A DNA stretch of 64,000 nucleotides. Source: a virus. A model generated the notes under the pieces. The model was not told the DNA's origin, searched no databases, and saw nothing but the letters and a program-made list of their open reading frames with translations. The stretch lies in the IMG/VR virus record IMGVR_UViG_3300031653_000001, positions 4,681 to 68,680 of that record, one strand, 5' to 3'. Position numbers and translations under genes: made by a program. The stretch's first letter is position 1. Every line of letters starts with the position of its first letter. Shown piece after piece: positions 28,570-39,571 of the stretch.

Positions 28570-28932
28570 ATGGCTATAGCAAGTGTAGTTTTTGATCCTA
28601 CTGATGGAAGTGTAGCAGAATCTAAAGCTGATAGTGCAGGAGTTGTCGCTAGTACTGCTGACTCTAAAGCTGATAGCGCAGGTGTTATTGGCTCAACAGC
28701 AGATAGCAAAGCGGTTGTAGGCGAATCTAAAGCTGATAGCGCTGGTGATGCGGCAAGCACAGCAGATAGCAAAGCTGTTGTAGCAGATGATGTTGCTGAT
28801 ACTGCTTCTACTAATGTTGCGAGTGCTATTGGCTCCGAACCAGAGGCTGGTGGTTTTAAAGTAACAGATATTGATAGAAATTCAGATGGCGAAATTGTTA
28901 TTGAATATGATGATTCAGCCATTGATTCATAA
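28570..28932 (+). CDS. Ser/Ala/Asp/Thr heptad-repeat protein
   Basis: AAAGGAGG RBS; repeats ADSKADS/AGVVAST/ADSKAVV. Confidence 0.75.
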   Translation: MAIASVVFDPTDGSVAESKADSAGVVASTADSKADSAGVIGSTADSKAVVGESKADSAGDAASTADSKAVVADDVADTASTNVASAIGSEPEAGGFKVTDIDRNSDGEIVIEYDDSAIDS

Positions 28933-28945
28933 AAGTTGAGGGAAA

Positions 28946-29986
28946 ATGAAAGTTTTGCATTTTGCAAATTGGGGAATTAGAAAATCTGGTTTGTATGAAT
29001 GTACAAAAGACCAGATAAAATATGAGAGAAAAAATGGGTTGGATTCTCAACTTGCTCTTTATGAGGTTGAATATCCACCCAAGTCTCTCTTAGATGATGG
29101 ATGGTTAAAACCTGTTTCTTGGGATTGGGCTAAAAACGCCGATTTATTTGTTATTCATCGTGGTTTACCATTAAAAGTTAAAAATAAATATCCAAACAAA
29201 AAAACTTTAATGATAATACATGGAACGGCAGAATTTTTAATTCTTGAGGAAATTATTTCTAAAGCAAATAATAGCTCTTTTAATACACATATCAATTTAA
29301 TAAATAGTTATGATAATAGTGTATCTGTTAATAAACAAGACTACGCAATTTATAAAATTTATGATAGAGATAATAAATTATCATTTATTCATGATGCTGT
29401 TGATATATCCAAATTTACAATAAAAGGATATAAATATCCTTATAAATATCACCCACAAATTTTATATTGTGATAGTTTGAGAGTTAATAAAAACCCATCT
29501 TCTATTATTTGGGCGATGAGTGAAATACATAAAAAAATACCTGACGCTAGATTAACTATTTTGGGATTAGATTTAGAGAGTATTTTAACTTGGAGAAATT
29601 TGATACTTAGGTCTGCAAAAAGAAGATTAAAAGGATTATTAGAGAATATTCAATTATTAACTAATGATGTTAGACCATATATGAGAGGAGCGGATATATT
29701 ATTTAATGGTAATATGAGTGGTATACCGAGCAGGGTTGAAATGGAAGCAATGGCTTGTGGATGCCAAATTATTAGTTATAATGGGGGTTTTACTAGATTT
29801 CATCCTAAACCATTTGATATAAAATCTATTGCAAAAGAGGTAGTAAAATGTTGGGATTATATTAAAAATAATAAAGACCAAGTTAGGCAAGAAGCAAGAA
29901 ATTTTGCTTTAAAATATTTTAATATGGAGAAACAAGTAAAAAAAAGTTATTTGCCACTGTATAAAAAAATTTTGGGAGAAAAATAA
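28946..29986 (+). CDS. GT4 (GT-B) glycosyltransferase
   Basis: MKVLHF, IIHG, DAVD, KNP, YMRGADI, EMEAMACG. Confidence 0.85.
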   Translation: MKVLHFANWGIRKSGLYECTKDQIKYERKNGLDSQLALYEVEYPPKSLLDDGWLKPVSWDWAKNADLFVIHRGLPLKVKNKYPNKKTLMIIHGTAEFLILEEIISKANNSSFNTHINLINSYDNSVSVNKQDYAIYKIYDRDNKLSFIHDAVDISKFTIKGYKYPYKYHPQILYCDSLRVNKNPSSIIWAMSEIHKKIPDARLTILGLDLESILTWRNLILRSAKRRLKGLLENIQLLTNDVRPYMRGADILFNGNMSGIPSRVEMEAMACGCQIISYNGGFTRFHPKPFDIKSIAKEVVKCWDYIKNNKDQVRQEARNFALKYFNMEKQVKKSYLPLYKKILGEK

Positions 29987-31539
29987 TGGGAATAGCAACA
30001 CAAAAAATTCCGCCTTTAGATTCAGATGATGACCAGATTGTAGACAAAGCAGAAAATGTAGATGATGGTGTTGGTAATAATGTTTCAGCAAAAGAAATTC
30101 TTAACAATATTTACAATACTGTTTTATTAGCTTTTAAATTGGCGGTGTTAAACGCTTTAACAATTTTTAATATGGTAAATGGTATTATGGACGAATTTGA
30201 AGATGAAAGTGGTGTAGATACAGTAACATCTACAAATGAAGATTATGATAGTGCTAACGATTTATACAGTCCAGAACAAATATCAACTACAGAATTAGAC
30301 TATTTTGAATATGCCGATAATGCGACAGCACAAGCGGCTTATGTGAGTAGTGATGGTAAATCTACTTTGATTTCTCAACTTGATTCAAATCTTTATGGCA
30401 AAATAGGAGATGATTCTGGTACAGAGTGGCGATATGCACAAAGTTTTACATTATCATCAGGAATAATTATTGAAGGTGTGAGTATTGAGTTTAATGTTAA
30501 TCAAGGCACCCCTGAAGGTAATGTAACATTTCGTATTGAAACCGACAATGGTGGAGTTCCTTCTGGAACGTTGGCAAATGCAAACTTAACTAAAACATTT
30601 ACTCCTGTTGCAAGTTCTTGGAATGATGTTATGTTTTCTTCGGGGGGTTTCTTGAGTTCTGGTCTTTATTGGATTGTCGCTGTTTGTGATAATCAAGACA
30701 ATGAACATTGGTCTTGGAGCGCTGATAGCACAAGCCTAGCTTATGCAGGGGGTAATATGGCTCGCTCTACTGATGGCGGATCTTCTTGGAACGTTCCATT
30801 AGATTGGGATATGGCCTTTAAGGTTTATGCATCTAATTTACAGTGCTATTCTGAATCAACCATTAAAGAACAAGGGTCTTATTCTTTGAAAGCAATAGCA
30901 AAACAAACAGATAGTTTAAATGATACTCTTACAAGGACAGTAAGTCCGACAATAGATTTAAGCGGCAAAAATACTATAAAATTAAAAGTAAGAGCAAGCA
31001 GGACGGGAAGTAATTTTAAAATAGGGATTCACGATTCAGGGGGCACAACTACAGAGCATACGGTAAACATTGCAAGTGCTGATACTTGGCAAGAGGATAG
31101 CTGGGATATTTCGGGAGTAGCAGATGCGAATAAGGATGCTATAGACCAAATTAAAATAACAATCCTAAATGCTGATGTTGACAATACAATTTATTTGGAC
31201 AATATTCGTGTGGATGGAGAAACCCAGAATATGACGTTAGTATCAAGCGCACAAGAAGCAGAAAACCAACCTGACAACTGTAGAATAATTATTTTTGAAG
31301 AAGATACAGATTCAGCAACTTTAAATACAGATTTAAAGGCTTATTGTAGCCGAGACTCAGGAGCTAACTGGGTTCAGGCAACATTATCGGATAAAGGAGA
31401 CTATACTACAGGCAAACGAATATTGGTAGGAGAATCTGATGTGAGCAACCAAGCAGCAGATAAAACAATGAAGTATAAAATAGAAACATTAAATAATAAA
31501 GACTTAAAGTTACATTGCGTTGCGATTTTGTGGGATTAA
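29986..31539 (+). CDS. Virion structural protein with carbohydrate-binding-like modules
   Basis: DEFEDESGVD, AQSF...RIETDNGGVPSG, IYLDNI, SRDSGANW. Confidence 0.65.
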   Translation: MGIATQKIPPLDSDDDQIVDKAENVDDGVGNNVSAKEILNNIYNTVLLAFKLAVLNALTIFNMVNGIMDEFEDESGVDTVTSTNEDYDSANDLYSPEQISTTELDYFEYADNATAQAAYVSSDGKSTLISQLDSNLYGKIGDDSGTEWRYAQSFTLSSGIIIEGVSIEFNVNQGTPEGNVTFRIETDNGGVPSGTLANANLTKTFTPVASSWNDVMFSSGGFLSSGLYWIVAVCDNQDNEHWSWSADSTSLAYAGGNMARSTDGGSSWNVPLDWDMAFKVYASNLQCYSESTIKEQGSYSLKAIAKQTDSLNDTLTRTVSPTIDLSGKNTIKLKVRASRTGSNFKIGIHDSGGTTTEHTVNIASADTWQEDSWDISGVADANKDAIDQIKITILNADVDNTIYLDNIRVDGETQNMTLVSSAQEAENQPDNCRIIIFEEDTDSATLNTDLKAYCSRDSGANWVQATLSDKGDYTTGKRILVGESDVSNQAADKTMKYKIETLNNKDLKLHCVAILWD

Positions 31540-31876
31540 AAAATTAAGGAGTTTTGCGAATGATAAAATTTTTAAAAACAATAGATGAAACAAAAAAAGA
31601 CCCAAAAATAATTTTAAAAAGGTTGATTGTATTATTAAAACAAAAAAAATTAATTACAGATGAAGAAATTAGTTTTTTAAAAGGCGAAATAAATTTAGAA
31701 GAATTGAAAAAATAACTGATGAAGAATAATAATATTATTGAGGAATTAGATTCTGTAATAAAGAAATTGGAAAGAAAAAAGAATAAGCCAAAATTATTAG
31801 TACGAATTATCAATGATTTACAAATAGATGCTTATAATTTGGAAAAATATTTTGAGATTGAGAGGAACAAGAAAAA

Positions 31877-34339
31877 ATGAGTTATACTATTGATTTATGT
31901 ACTGGTGGAACCGCTACAGCAAGTAGTACTTATAGTTCATATTATCCAAGCAAAGCATTTGACGATGATATAAATACTTTTTGGTCTAGCAACGGCATGC
32001 CTTGTTGGATAAAATATGATTTTGGTTCAGGCAACGAAAAAATAATAAATAAATATACTTTACAGGTCATTTATGCGTGGGGCTCATCAGATTCACCACC
32101 AGAAGATTTCAAATTTCAGGGGTCGAATAATGATAGTGATTGGACTGATTTAGATATTGTTACAGGAGAGACTGGTTGGTCTGATGGTGAAATAAGAGAA
32201 TTTACAAATTTTTCAGAAGGAGATAATGCAACAAGTTACAGGTACTATCGTATTTATATAAGCAAAACTCAAGGTAATTCTTCTTACTGTGCATTAAAAG
32301 AAATAGAGATGATGGCTTTTGGTCTAACAGTAGATACTACAGCAACAACAGATATAAGTCAAAGTTCTGCAATATTAAATGGTAATATAACAGATATAGG
32401 TAGCGAAAACGCTGATGAACGAGGATTCGTTTATGATACAACATCTCATGGAGACCCAGGGGATGTAGCACCAGCAAGCTCTGATTATGCAAGTAATGTA
32501 AAAGAAACGGGAGATTACGGAACTGGAGTGTTTAATCTCTCTGCAACTGATTTAGATTCTGAGCAAACTTATTATGCTCGTGCATACGCCCATAATTCTG
32601 GGGGGTATTCTTATGGTGATGAAGTTTCTTTTAATACTTTAGAACCATATTCGTTCGGTCTTGGGTGGTTGGTTAAAAAAATATATTCTTTTGGTTTCGA
32701 ATGGTTAGTTAAAAAAATACAAAGTAGTTCCTTTGGTTTTTCTTGGGTTGTATCTGGTTCACAAAGACGATATAATCTTTTAACATACCCATTATTTTTA
32801 AAAACGCCAACAGTTAGTAGTTTTACATTTTCGGCCTCTGTAACAGGAACATTAGATAGCTTGGCTGTTGATTTTAGCAATACTGGTAGTTCAGGGAGTA
32901 CAATTATAAAAATATATTTAGCAGATATATTAGAATATACATATACTGTAACAGCTAATAATTTGGCGAAAAATGAAACTATCACTCTCAGTGATAACAA
33001 TATCTCTCTGGGTGATAAGATTAGGGTAGAAATAGAATCTGTAGCAACAGGAATAGGCACATTACATATTGCGGTTCAAGAAAAAACTTTTACAGAACGA
33101 TTAAAAATAATAAAAAAATGCAATGTTTTTAATGATACTGAATATGAAGATGAGATATTTTATGGAGACGCAAGTGAGTGGAGGTTGTATATAAATCAGC
33201 CACTATATTCTATTGTAAAAGTGTATGCCAAATCAGGAACAGATATATTTTATCTCTCGGCTTTTTTAGACTATGGCGATATAAAAACTAATTATATATC
33301 TATTACACCAGATACTATTACTAATTATGATGAGTTAATTATAACATCAGAAACAGTAATAGATAAAAAAATTAAAGAAATTGTTATACCTTTAAGGTTT
33401 TATGAAAAAAAAGTAGATTATCCAGATTATGTCTATTCAAGTTTTACAATGGATGTTTATTTATCGGCGATAAAACTTTATTATAGCTGGGATAATATAA
33501 CTTGGTATAGCACAGATATAGATAGAAGTAAAATAACAATATCTAATTTACCAACAACATCTGGGACATATACTTTTTATACTAGGTATTTTTATGATTT
33601 AGAAGGTAAGAAAGTTATATCTGATACTAAAACTATAATCTATAATCCAGATCCTATAGATGTATATATAGACCAGAATATAGTAAATTATAGTGATTCT
33701 ATACCACCAGCCAAAGTAGAAATATATGCAGATGATGTTTTAGAAAAACAGGTTGATATTCCCTGTACTATAAGTGGGTTTGGTAGTTATAGTTTTGACA
33801 GTTCTTCGCAAATTATAACATTAGAAGCTGGTGATTTTTATGAAAAAGAAACTAAATATACTTTTGCACAACAAACATTTACTATAACCGACACTCCAAC
33901 ATTTGAAAGTCCATTGATATATTATGTGATAGGATTTAATACTACAACAAAATTATTGGAATTGAAGAAAATTACTTATGAGTCATTAGATTTAACATTT
34001 GAAGATTTGACAACAGCATTTTTTGTACCAATATGGCAATTTCAATTCAATGCTTATTTTTCTGGGGATGATTTTGTTACAGGAGGTATTTTTGAAATAA
34101 TGGATGCTGAAAAAATATTTTATCCTGTAAAGTTACCAATAATATATGGAGAATCAAGCACAAAATATAGAGTATATGATGTATTGGGGCGATATAGAGA
34201 TATAGAGTTTAATAACACACCAACAAAAGATGATTATCTTTATTATTTGGTAGTAACAGATAGTGAAAGTAATGAATTAAAACAAGGTGAAATTACGCAA
34301 GAAACAACATTAACATTTACTGTGGAGGAATTAGAATGA
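31877..34339 (+). CDS. Tail protein with N-terminal F5/8-discoidin and FN3-like domains
   Basis: ASS..YPSKAFD, WIKYDFG, FQGSN...WTDLD, YRYYRI; ERGFVY, YYARAYAHNSGGYSYG. Confidence 0.75.
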   Translation: MSYTIDLCTGGTATASSTYSSYYPSKAFDDDINTFWSSNGMPCWIKYDFGSGNEKIINKYTLQVIYAWGSSDSPPEDFKFQGSNNDSDWTDLDIVTGETGWSDGEIREFTNFSEGDNATSYRYYRIYISKTQGNSSYCALKEIEMMAFGLTVDTTATTDISQSSAILNGNITDIGSENADERGFVYDTTSHGDPGDVAPASSDYASNVKETGDYGTGVFNLSATDLDSEQTYYARAYAHNSGGYSYGDEVSFNTLEPYSFGLGWLVKKIYSFGFEWLVKKIQSSSFGFSWVVSGSQRRYNLLTYPLFLKTPTVSSFTFSASVTGTLDSLAVDFSNTGSSGSTIIKIYLADILEYTYTVTANNLAKNETITLSDNNISLGDKIRVEIESVATGIGTLHIAVQEKTFTERLKIIKKCNVFNDTEYEDEIFYGDASEWRLYINQPLYSIVKVYAKSGTDIFYLSAFLDYGDIKTNYISITPDTITNYDELIITSETVIDKKIKEIVIPLRFYEKKVDYPDYVYSSFTMDVYLSAIKLYYSWDNITWYSTDIDRSKITISNLPTTSGTYTFYTRYFYDLEGKKVISDTKTIIYNPDPIDVYIDQNIVNYSDSIPPAKVEIYADDVLEKQVDIPCTISGFGSYSFDSSSQIITLEAGDFYEKETKYTFAQQTFTITDTPTFESPLIYYVIGFNTTTKLLELKKITYESLDLTFEDLTTAFFVPIWQFQFNAYFSGDDFVTGGIFEIMDAEKIFYPVKLPIIYGESSTKYRVYDVLGRYRDIEFNNTPTKDDYLYYLVVTDSESNELKQGEITQETTLTFTVEELE
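32648..32755 (+). repeat. In-frame 36-bp tandem repeat (YSFGxxWLVKKI x2 plus a degenerate third copy)
   Basis: Read directly from DNA and protein. Confidence 0.85.
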
Positions 34340-37107
34340 GTGATATAATTGATGGTGGAGTATCAAAAGTTAATTGTAAATTTAGAGATGATGGAGTTAT
34401 TGAGATAGATTTACCAATAGTAGGATCTAAAATTACAAAAAAAACAAGAATCGGAAACCCATCTGGAGCTAGTGTGACATTTGATGTTGGTACTCTAAGC
34501 CCTGAATTAACCAAAGGGTCAGAACATGGTAGAAACACAAACTCTAATGTTTCTATAACTGGTTTTAATGGAGGAGATGATATAAGAATATATCACTGTT
34601 TATATGAAGGATGGGGCGATTATAGTCTTACTGGATGGGATAAACTACGTTGGTGGAGTACCTTTGGAGCATACGATGTTTTTGGTATTTTATCATATGA
34701 CGCCGAAAATCATAAAGGAAGCGGGATTGTAATTGAAAGTTCAAACCCTGATAACCAACCATTTTTAGAAAACTCTCCAACAAAAAATATGATGACAGAA
34801 CGAACAGACTCCATATTAATAAACTGGACTGAAACATTAAAACCAATAACAGACCCAACAAGTCCTAATTATTTAGACTCAACCAAATATAGAATAAACG
34901 CATATGATGGGGCTGTAGATCCAGTACTTTGGAAACTTATGGATAAAACAAAAAAGGAATCTATTATAGACAATAGTGTTGGTGATATTGTAGCCGATAT
35001 AGAACACTCATACTTTGTTGGTGAGGATAATACAAATAGTTCTCTTTTGGATGGGAAAAAAATAGCCGGTTCTTATAGAGTTGATGGTGACGGGAACGCT
35101 ATTATAAACAGCAATGATTCTTATACTATACTGGCAACCAAAGATGGACAGAATTGTTATTACGTTACTTTTCATCCATACATTAAACTATTTTTAACTG
35201 ATTGGTCTGAAATTACTCTTACCGATTGGAAAGAAGATCAGGTAGCCGCAGTAGGTACTGAAGATAACAATATAACAAATGACAATATTGATGATGCGGA
35301 TAAAAAAGACGCAACCGATAATGCGGAAAGCAACACAGTTACTACTACGATTGGTTCAATAGGAGGGATTCGCAGAACACATACTCATTACAACGATTAT
35401 AAAACTTCTTTTGATGTAACATATTTATCGTCTGGTGATTATAATAATTTTGTTAGTGCGGGGGGTGGAATAATATCAGATAGTATTGTCCATGCCAATG
35501 ATAAAGCATTGTTTATAACTTCTATAGATTTAAATATTTCTGGCAATACAATGACTGTTGTTCAATTAGAAAAATTCGATAATACATTAAAATTAACAGT
35601 AGGAGAAAAGATATTTGGATATATAATAAATAATGATGGAGATGTTCAGCCAGAATTTACTGGTTATGTTGTTAGTTTTACAAGAAGATTGGGAGCAAGA
35701 GGACAAGAAATAGTATATAAGTGTAAGGATTGGAAATATTATTTTAATCAATTATATACTCCAATGATATATAGAAAAAAAGACACTATAAGAAATATAG
35801 TAAATGATTTATTAATAAAATCGGGAGTAACCAATTTTACTAATTCTTTACCAAATTTAACAGTTACAGTAGAATACCAAGCAGAATCTATAATGACAGT
35901 ATTAGATTGGGCTTGTACTATAGCTGGAGATTATTGGTTTTGGATTGATGTAAATGGCAAATTACATATAGACCAAATAGATGGGAGTGTTAATTCATTT
36001 AGAGTACCAAGCGTAGCAGAAGCAGTTGGCACAAATAAAGTTTTGAATTTTGATAGTCTTACAGATTTATCTAATAGTAGATCGAGGATAGTAGTTAGTG
36101 GAGGAAGTGGAAGCAAAATTTATGAACAAATGATTTCTACCAGATATAAAGCATCTACTCATTATAATAGTATCCAAGAAGCTATAGACGCAGGAGCAAG
36201 TGGAGAAATAGGAATTTTTAAGTCAGCCGGGGATGTTACAGAAACTAAAACTTATTTGGTTGATGATGGTAATTTTTCTGGTGGAGAATTTGGTACTTAC
36301 CACCATAGCGGTGATAATTATGTTTGGTATAAAGATGGGAAAGGAAAAGTTAAAGTTGGCGATGAGTATGTTGAAAAAGATAAATACTATCATAAAAGAA
36401 CAGATTGGACACAACCAACTTACGATCACTATTATATTTATAGAAAGAAAAATGTAGAGTTCTATTCAGAAATGATAGCAGAGGGCAGACAAGCTTGGGC
36501 TGATCATTATTATTGTAGTCCTACAAGTCCTACAGGTCGTGGGAATTGGAAAGGGGAAGGAGGAGTAAGTATACAAAATGATACAATTAGAGGAGACTCT
36601 GTTGTATATGCCCATAGAGACAGTTGTATAATGGATATGTATTTCGCAGAAAAGAGACAAGATGAAGATTTAACAGTATATATTGACACTGGCCAGGCAG
36701 GAGGGACATATTTATACAAAAATGCAAGTTTTAGATTTGTTAAAGGATTTGGAAGTATTGTTGACGATACTCCATTGATGAAAGCTATTGCGGCCAATCT
36801 AGCTAATTATTTTAAACCTGTTTATGGAGGTACATTAACATTAGCAGGACTAAGAACAGAATTAGAGTTGGGACAAAAAATTTCTTTAACAAATACTGAT
36901 TTACCCGCCACAGAAGCGCAAAATTTAAAAATATTCGGTATAAGTTTTGATATAGCAACCAAAACAACACAAGTAAGATTATCCTCTCGTACAAATTCCA
37001 CTGGGACTTCTATTGATCCAGAAATTATAAAGAATAATATGGATTATTATCGCAGAGCTCTGGCAGATAATAATAGTTTTATAATAAGGACTACACTAAA
37101 ATATTAA
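34336..37107 (+). CDS. Baseplate hub / tail-tip protein
   Basis: FTGYV, YKCKDWK, FWIDVNGKLH, SRIVVSG, LELGQKI, TQVRLS hub-like motifs. Confidence 0.65.
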   Translation: MSDIIDGGVSKVNCKFRDDGVIEIDLPIVGSKITKKTRIGNPSGASVTFDVGTLSPELTKGSEHGRNTNSNVSITGFNGGDDIRIYHCLYEGWGDYSLTGWDKLRWWSTFGAYDVFGILSYDAENHKGSGIVIESSNPDNQPFLENSPTKNMMTERTDSILINWTETLKPITDPTSPNYLDSTKYRINAYDGAVDPVLWKLMDKTKKESIIDNSVGDIVADIEHSYFVGEDNTNSSLLDGKKIAGSYRVDGDGNAIINSNDSYTILATKDGQNCYYVTFHPYIKLFLTDWSEITLTDWKEDQVAAVGTEDNNITNDNIDDADKKDATDNAESNTVTTTIGSIGGIRRTHTHYNDYKTSFDVTYLSSGDYNNFVSAGGGIISDSIVHANDKALFITSIDLNISGNTMTVVQLEKFDNTLKLTVGEKIFGYIINNDGDVQPEFTGYVVSFTRRLGARGQEIVYKCKDWKYYFNQLYTPMIYRKKDTIRNIVNDLLIKSGVTNFTNSLPNLTVTVEYQAESIMTVLDWACTIAGDYWFWIDVNGKLHIDQIDGSVNSFRVPSVAEAVGTNKVLNFDSLTDLSNSRSRIVVSGGSGSKIYEQMISTRYKASTHYNSIQEAIDAGASGEIGIFKSAGDVTETKTYLVDDGNFSGGEFGTYHHSGDNYVWYKDGKGKVKVGDEYVEKDKYYHKRTDWTQPTYDHYYIYRKKNVEFYSEMIAEGRQAWADHYYCSPTSPTGRGNWKGEGGVSIQNDTIRGDSVVYAHRDSCIMDMYFAEKRQDEDLTVYIDTGQAGGTYLYKNASFRFVKGFGSIVDDTPLMKAIAANLANYFKPVYGGTLTLAGLRTELELGQKISLTNTDLPATEAQNLKIFGISFDIATKTTQVRLSSRTNSTGTSIDPEIIKNNMDYYRRALADNNSFIIRTTLKY

Positions 37108-37111
37108 TATT

Positions 37112-39409
37112 ATGGCGAAAAAGAAAAAAACAAACAGTATAGACCTTAATAGCTTCTATAAAGATTTTTGGAAGCAAAAAACAAAATCTAAAAGCAATGA
37201 TATTGTTTCTCCTACCAATTTTTTTAAGAATTGGACTCACGCCCCATTATTTCCCAAACAGATGATACCAGTTGACAAAACATTCACCAACGATTATAAA
37301 TCACTATCAACAAATATTAATGAACTTGTAATAGGATTTGGGAAGAGATGTTTGGATGGAAGCACGAAACTTAAAGATGAAGAAACAAACAGAGAATACA
37401 CAATAAAAGAACTATCAGAAAAGAAAAAAGCAATATCAATAAAAAGTGTTAAAGTAATTGGTAGTAACCAAAAAGGATGGCCAAAAGGAAGGGTTGTTAC
37501 ACAGAAAACAGGAGTACCATTTTATAAAGGAAAATCAAAAATATATAGGGTCAAAACAGAGTCAGGAAAAGAAATTTTAGTTGGGGGGCACCATAGATTT
37601 TTATCTAAAAGTGGATGGAAAGAAATAAAGGATTTAAAGGTTAAAGAAGAAATTATGGTATCTAAAGCACCCAATGAGTCATTATCAAAAGAACAAGAAA
37701 AACAAAGAAAAAATAAAATTAGCAAAAAGATGAAAATGTTAACATGGGATAAAATAACAGAAATAGAGTATGTTGGGGAAAATGATATTTATGATTTAGA
37801 AGTACCCGAAACAAATACATATATTGCGCAGGGATTCGTTAGTCATAATTCAGGCAAGGATTTTTTAATATCAAACCTATTGACATATATACTTTACTTT
37901 CTTTTGAAACAATCAGACCCAGCAGAATTTTTAGGTCTTAAATCAGGAGAACCAATTGATATTGTAAATGTTAGTTTTGATGAACCACAAGCAAAAACAG
38001 TATTCTTTAAGAGATTAAAGAATAGGATAAAAGGTTGTATAAACCCTGAAACCAAAAGAAATTTCTTTGAAGAACAGGGAATGGATTTAAATAGAGATAT
38101 ACAAAAAAACAGTATAATATTCCCAAAGAATATAACAGCATACTCGCTTAATTCTGTAAAATTTAAAGCTGAGGGGAAAAATGTTGTGTTTGCTATTTTT
38201 GATGAAATAGCGCAGTTTAGATTTGATAAAGCAGATGCAATACGTAGGCATATTAAGACAACAGCTAAAGCAACATGTCCTAAATTTTTCAAATTATTTT
38301 ATATTAGTTTTTTAACTAATGGCAATGATTATATGGCTAATTTATTAGAAAAGGCAGAAAAAGGAGAAATGCCAAAAACTTTTTATATGCGAGAATCAAC
38401 ATGGAATGTTAGGAGCCAGAGAGGTTGCCCAAAAGAACTAAAGCCATATATTGTTCATCGTAGTACATACCAAGACGAGTTTGACGAAGATCAGGAGAAC
38501 TCAACATTAATGTTTGAATGTAAAGTACCAAAAACAAGAAAAAGTAGTTTCATAAAACGACCAGAAAAAATACTTCAATCAGTAGGTTATATCTTAGACC
38601 AAAATGGTGAGAAAATATTTCGTGAAGATCCAAGAATAGAAAATGAAAAAATAATAGTATATGATGATGAACTAAAAGATTTAGAGTTTGAATCTTGGTT
38701 TAGACCATTCTATACCTGGGAGATATGGCAATTAGAAAGACAATACGATATACAACCATCAGAAGAATTAGAAAACCAAATAATTAAACTAAAAGAACGC
38801 CAACAAACAGCAGAGTATTATACTCATATTGATTTATCTAGAGGGGTTGTAGATAGCGCAGGGATTGGTTTAGGACACAGATATTATATAATGGACAGGA
38901 TAAAAATATATATAGATTTGATATTGGCTATAAGAGCAAGAAAAGAACAGGAAATAGATATGTCCAAAATATTAGATTTTATATTACTTAGATTGCACAA
39001 AGGAAAAAAATCTCTTGGTGGTCTTGGATTTAATATACAAAAGATAACATCAGATGGCTGGAATAGCTCTCTATTTTTAAATTTATGTGAACGTGAGAAT
39101 ATGGAAGCAGAATTGATAAGTTTGGAGCGCACAACAGCGCCATATAATACATTTAAAGATTTCATATATAAGCAGGGTATAAACTATTATCCATATCCTC
39201 CTCTATTAAGAGAAACAGAAGAGCTTATAATAACAGATAATGGTAAAATACAACACCCAAGATCAAGCAGACGTAGAATGAAAGAAGAAGGGCTATCAAA
39301 AGGTTCGAAGGATTGTTCAGATTGTTGCTCTGGTCTGAGTTATTCTATGACTCAAGATAGTGAAGAGGGCGATATGGCGTGGACAAGCGATCATGAACAG
39401 GAGGAATAA
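37112..39409 (+). CDS. Terminase large subunit containing an intein
   Basis: Walker A GKR|SGKD split by intein; Walker B AIFDEIA; nuclease HIDLS, SDGWNS, KDCSD. Confidence 0.9.
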   Translation: MAKKKKTNSIDLNSFYKDFWKQKTKSKSNDIVSPTNFFKNWTHAPLFPKQMIPVDKTFTNDYKSLSTNINELVIGFGKRCLDGSTKLKDEETNREYTIKELSEKKKAISIKSVKVIGSNQKGWPKGRVVTQKTGVPFYKGKSKIYRVKTESGKEILVGGHHRFLSKSGWKEIKDLKVKEEIMVSKAPNESLSKEQEKQRKNKISKKMKMLTWDKITEIEYVGENDIYDLEVPETNTYIAQGFVSHNSGKDFLISNLLTYILYFLLKQSDPAEFLGLKSGEPIDIVNVSFDEPQAKTVFFKRLKNRIKGCINPETKRNFFEEQGMDLNRDIQKNSIIFPKNITAYSLNSVKFKAEGKNVVFAIFDEIAQFRFDKADAIRRHIKTTAKATCPKFFKLFYISFLTNGNDYMANLLEKAEKGEMPKTFYMRESTWNVRSQRGCPKELKPYIVHRSTYQDEFDEDQENSTLMFECKVPKTRKSSFIKRPEKILQSVGYILDQNGEKIFREDPRIENEKIIVYDDELKDLEFESWFRPFYTWEIWQLERQYDIQPSEELENQIIKLKERQQTAEYYTHIDLSRGVVDSAGIGLGHRYYIMDRIKIYIDLILAIRARKEQEIDMSKILDFILLRLHKGKKSLGGLGFNIQKITSDGWNSSLFLNLCERENMEAELISLERTTAPYNTFKDFIYKQGINYYPYPPLLRETEELIITDNGKIQHPRSSRRRMKEEGLSKGSKDCSDCCSGLSYSMTQDSEEGDMAWTSDHEQEE
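37349..37849 (+). mobile_element. Mini-intein (167 aa) in terminase Walker A
   Basis: Starts CLDGST, block B GGHHRF, ends IYDLEV...YIAQGFVSHN followed by Ser. Confidence 0.92.
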
Positions 39410-39414
39410 CTATT

Positions 39415-39567
39415 ATGTTAAAAAAAATGATTAATTTTTTATTTTCTAAACTAATTGGAAAATTACCCGAAAAAGATAAAGAAAAGATTATGGAAGATTT
39501 TGGAAAGATATTGCGTGAGATTGCGGTTTCTTCTGCCAAAGAAGCAATAAAGAAAAATATTAAGTAA
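39415..39567 (+). CDS. Small hypothetical protein (50 aa, not in ORF track)
   Basis: AGGAGG RBS; MLKKMINFLFSKLIGKLPEKDK...; last gene of + arm. Confidence 0.5.
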   Translation: MLKKMINFLFSKLIGKLPEKDKEKIMEDFGKILREIAVSSAKEAIKKNIK

Positions 39568-39571
39568 TTTT

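Noticed and set aside
28527-28967. 146-aa antisense ORF with ALSA repeats
   Set aside because: Shadow of the Ser/Ala repeat gene, which has the strong RBS and the operon orientation
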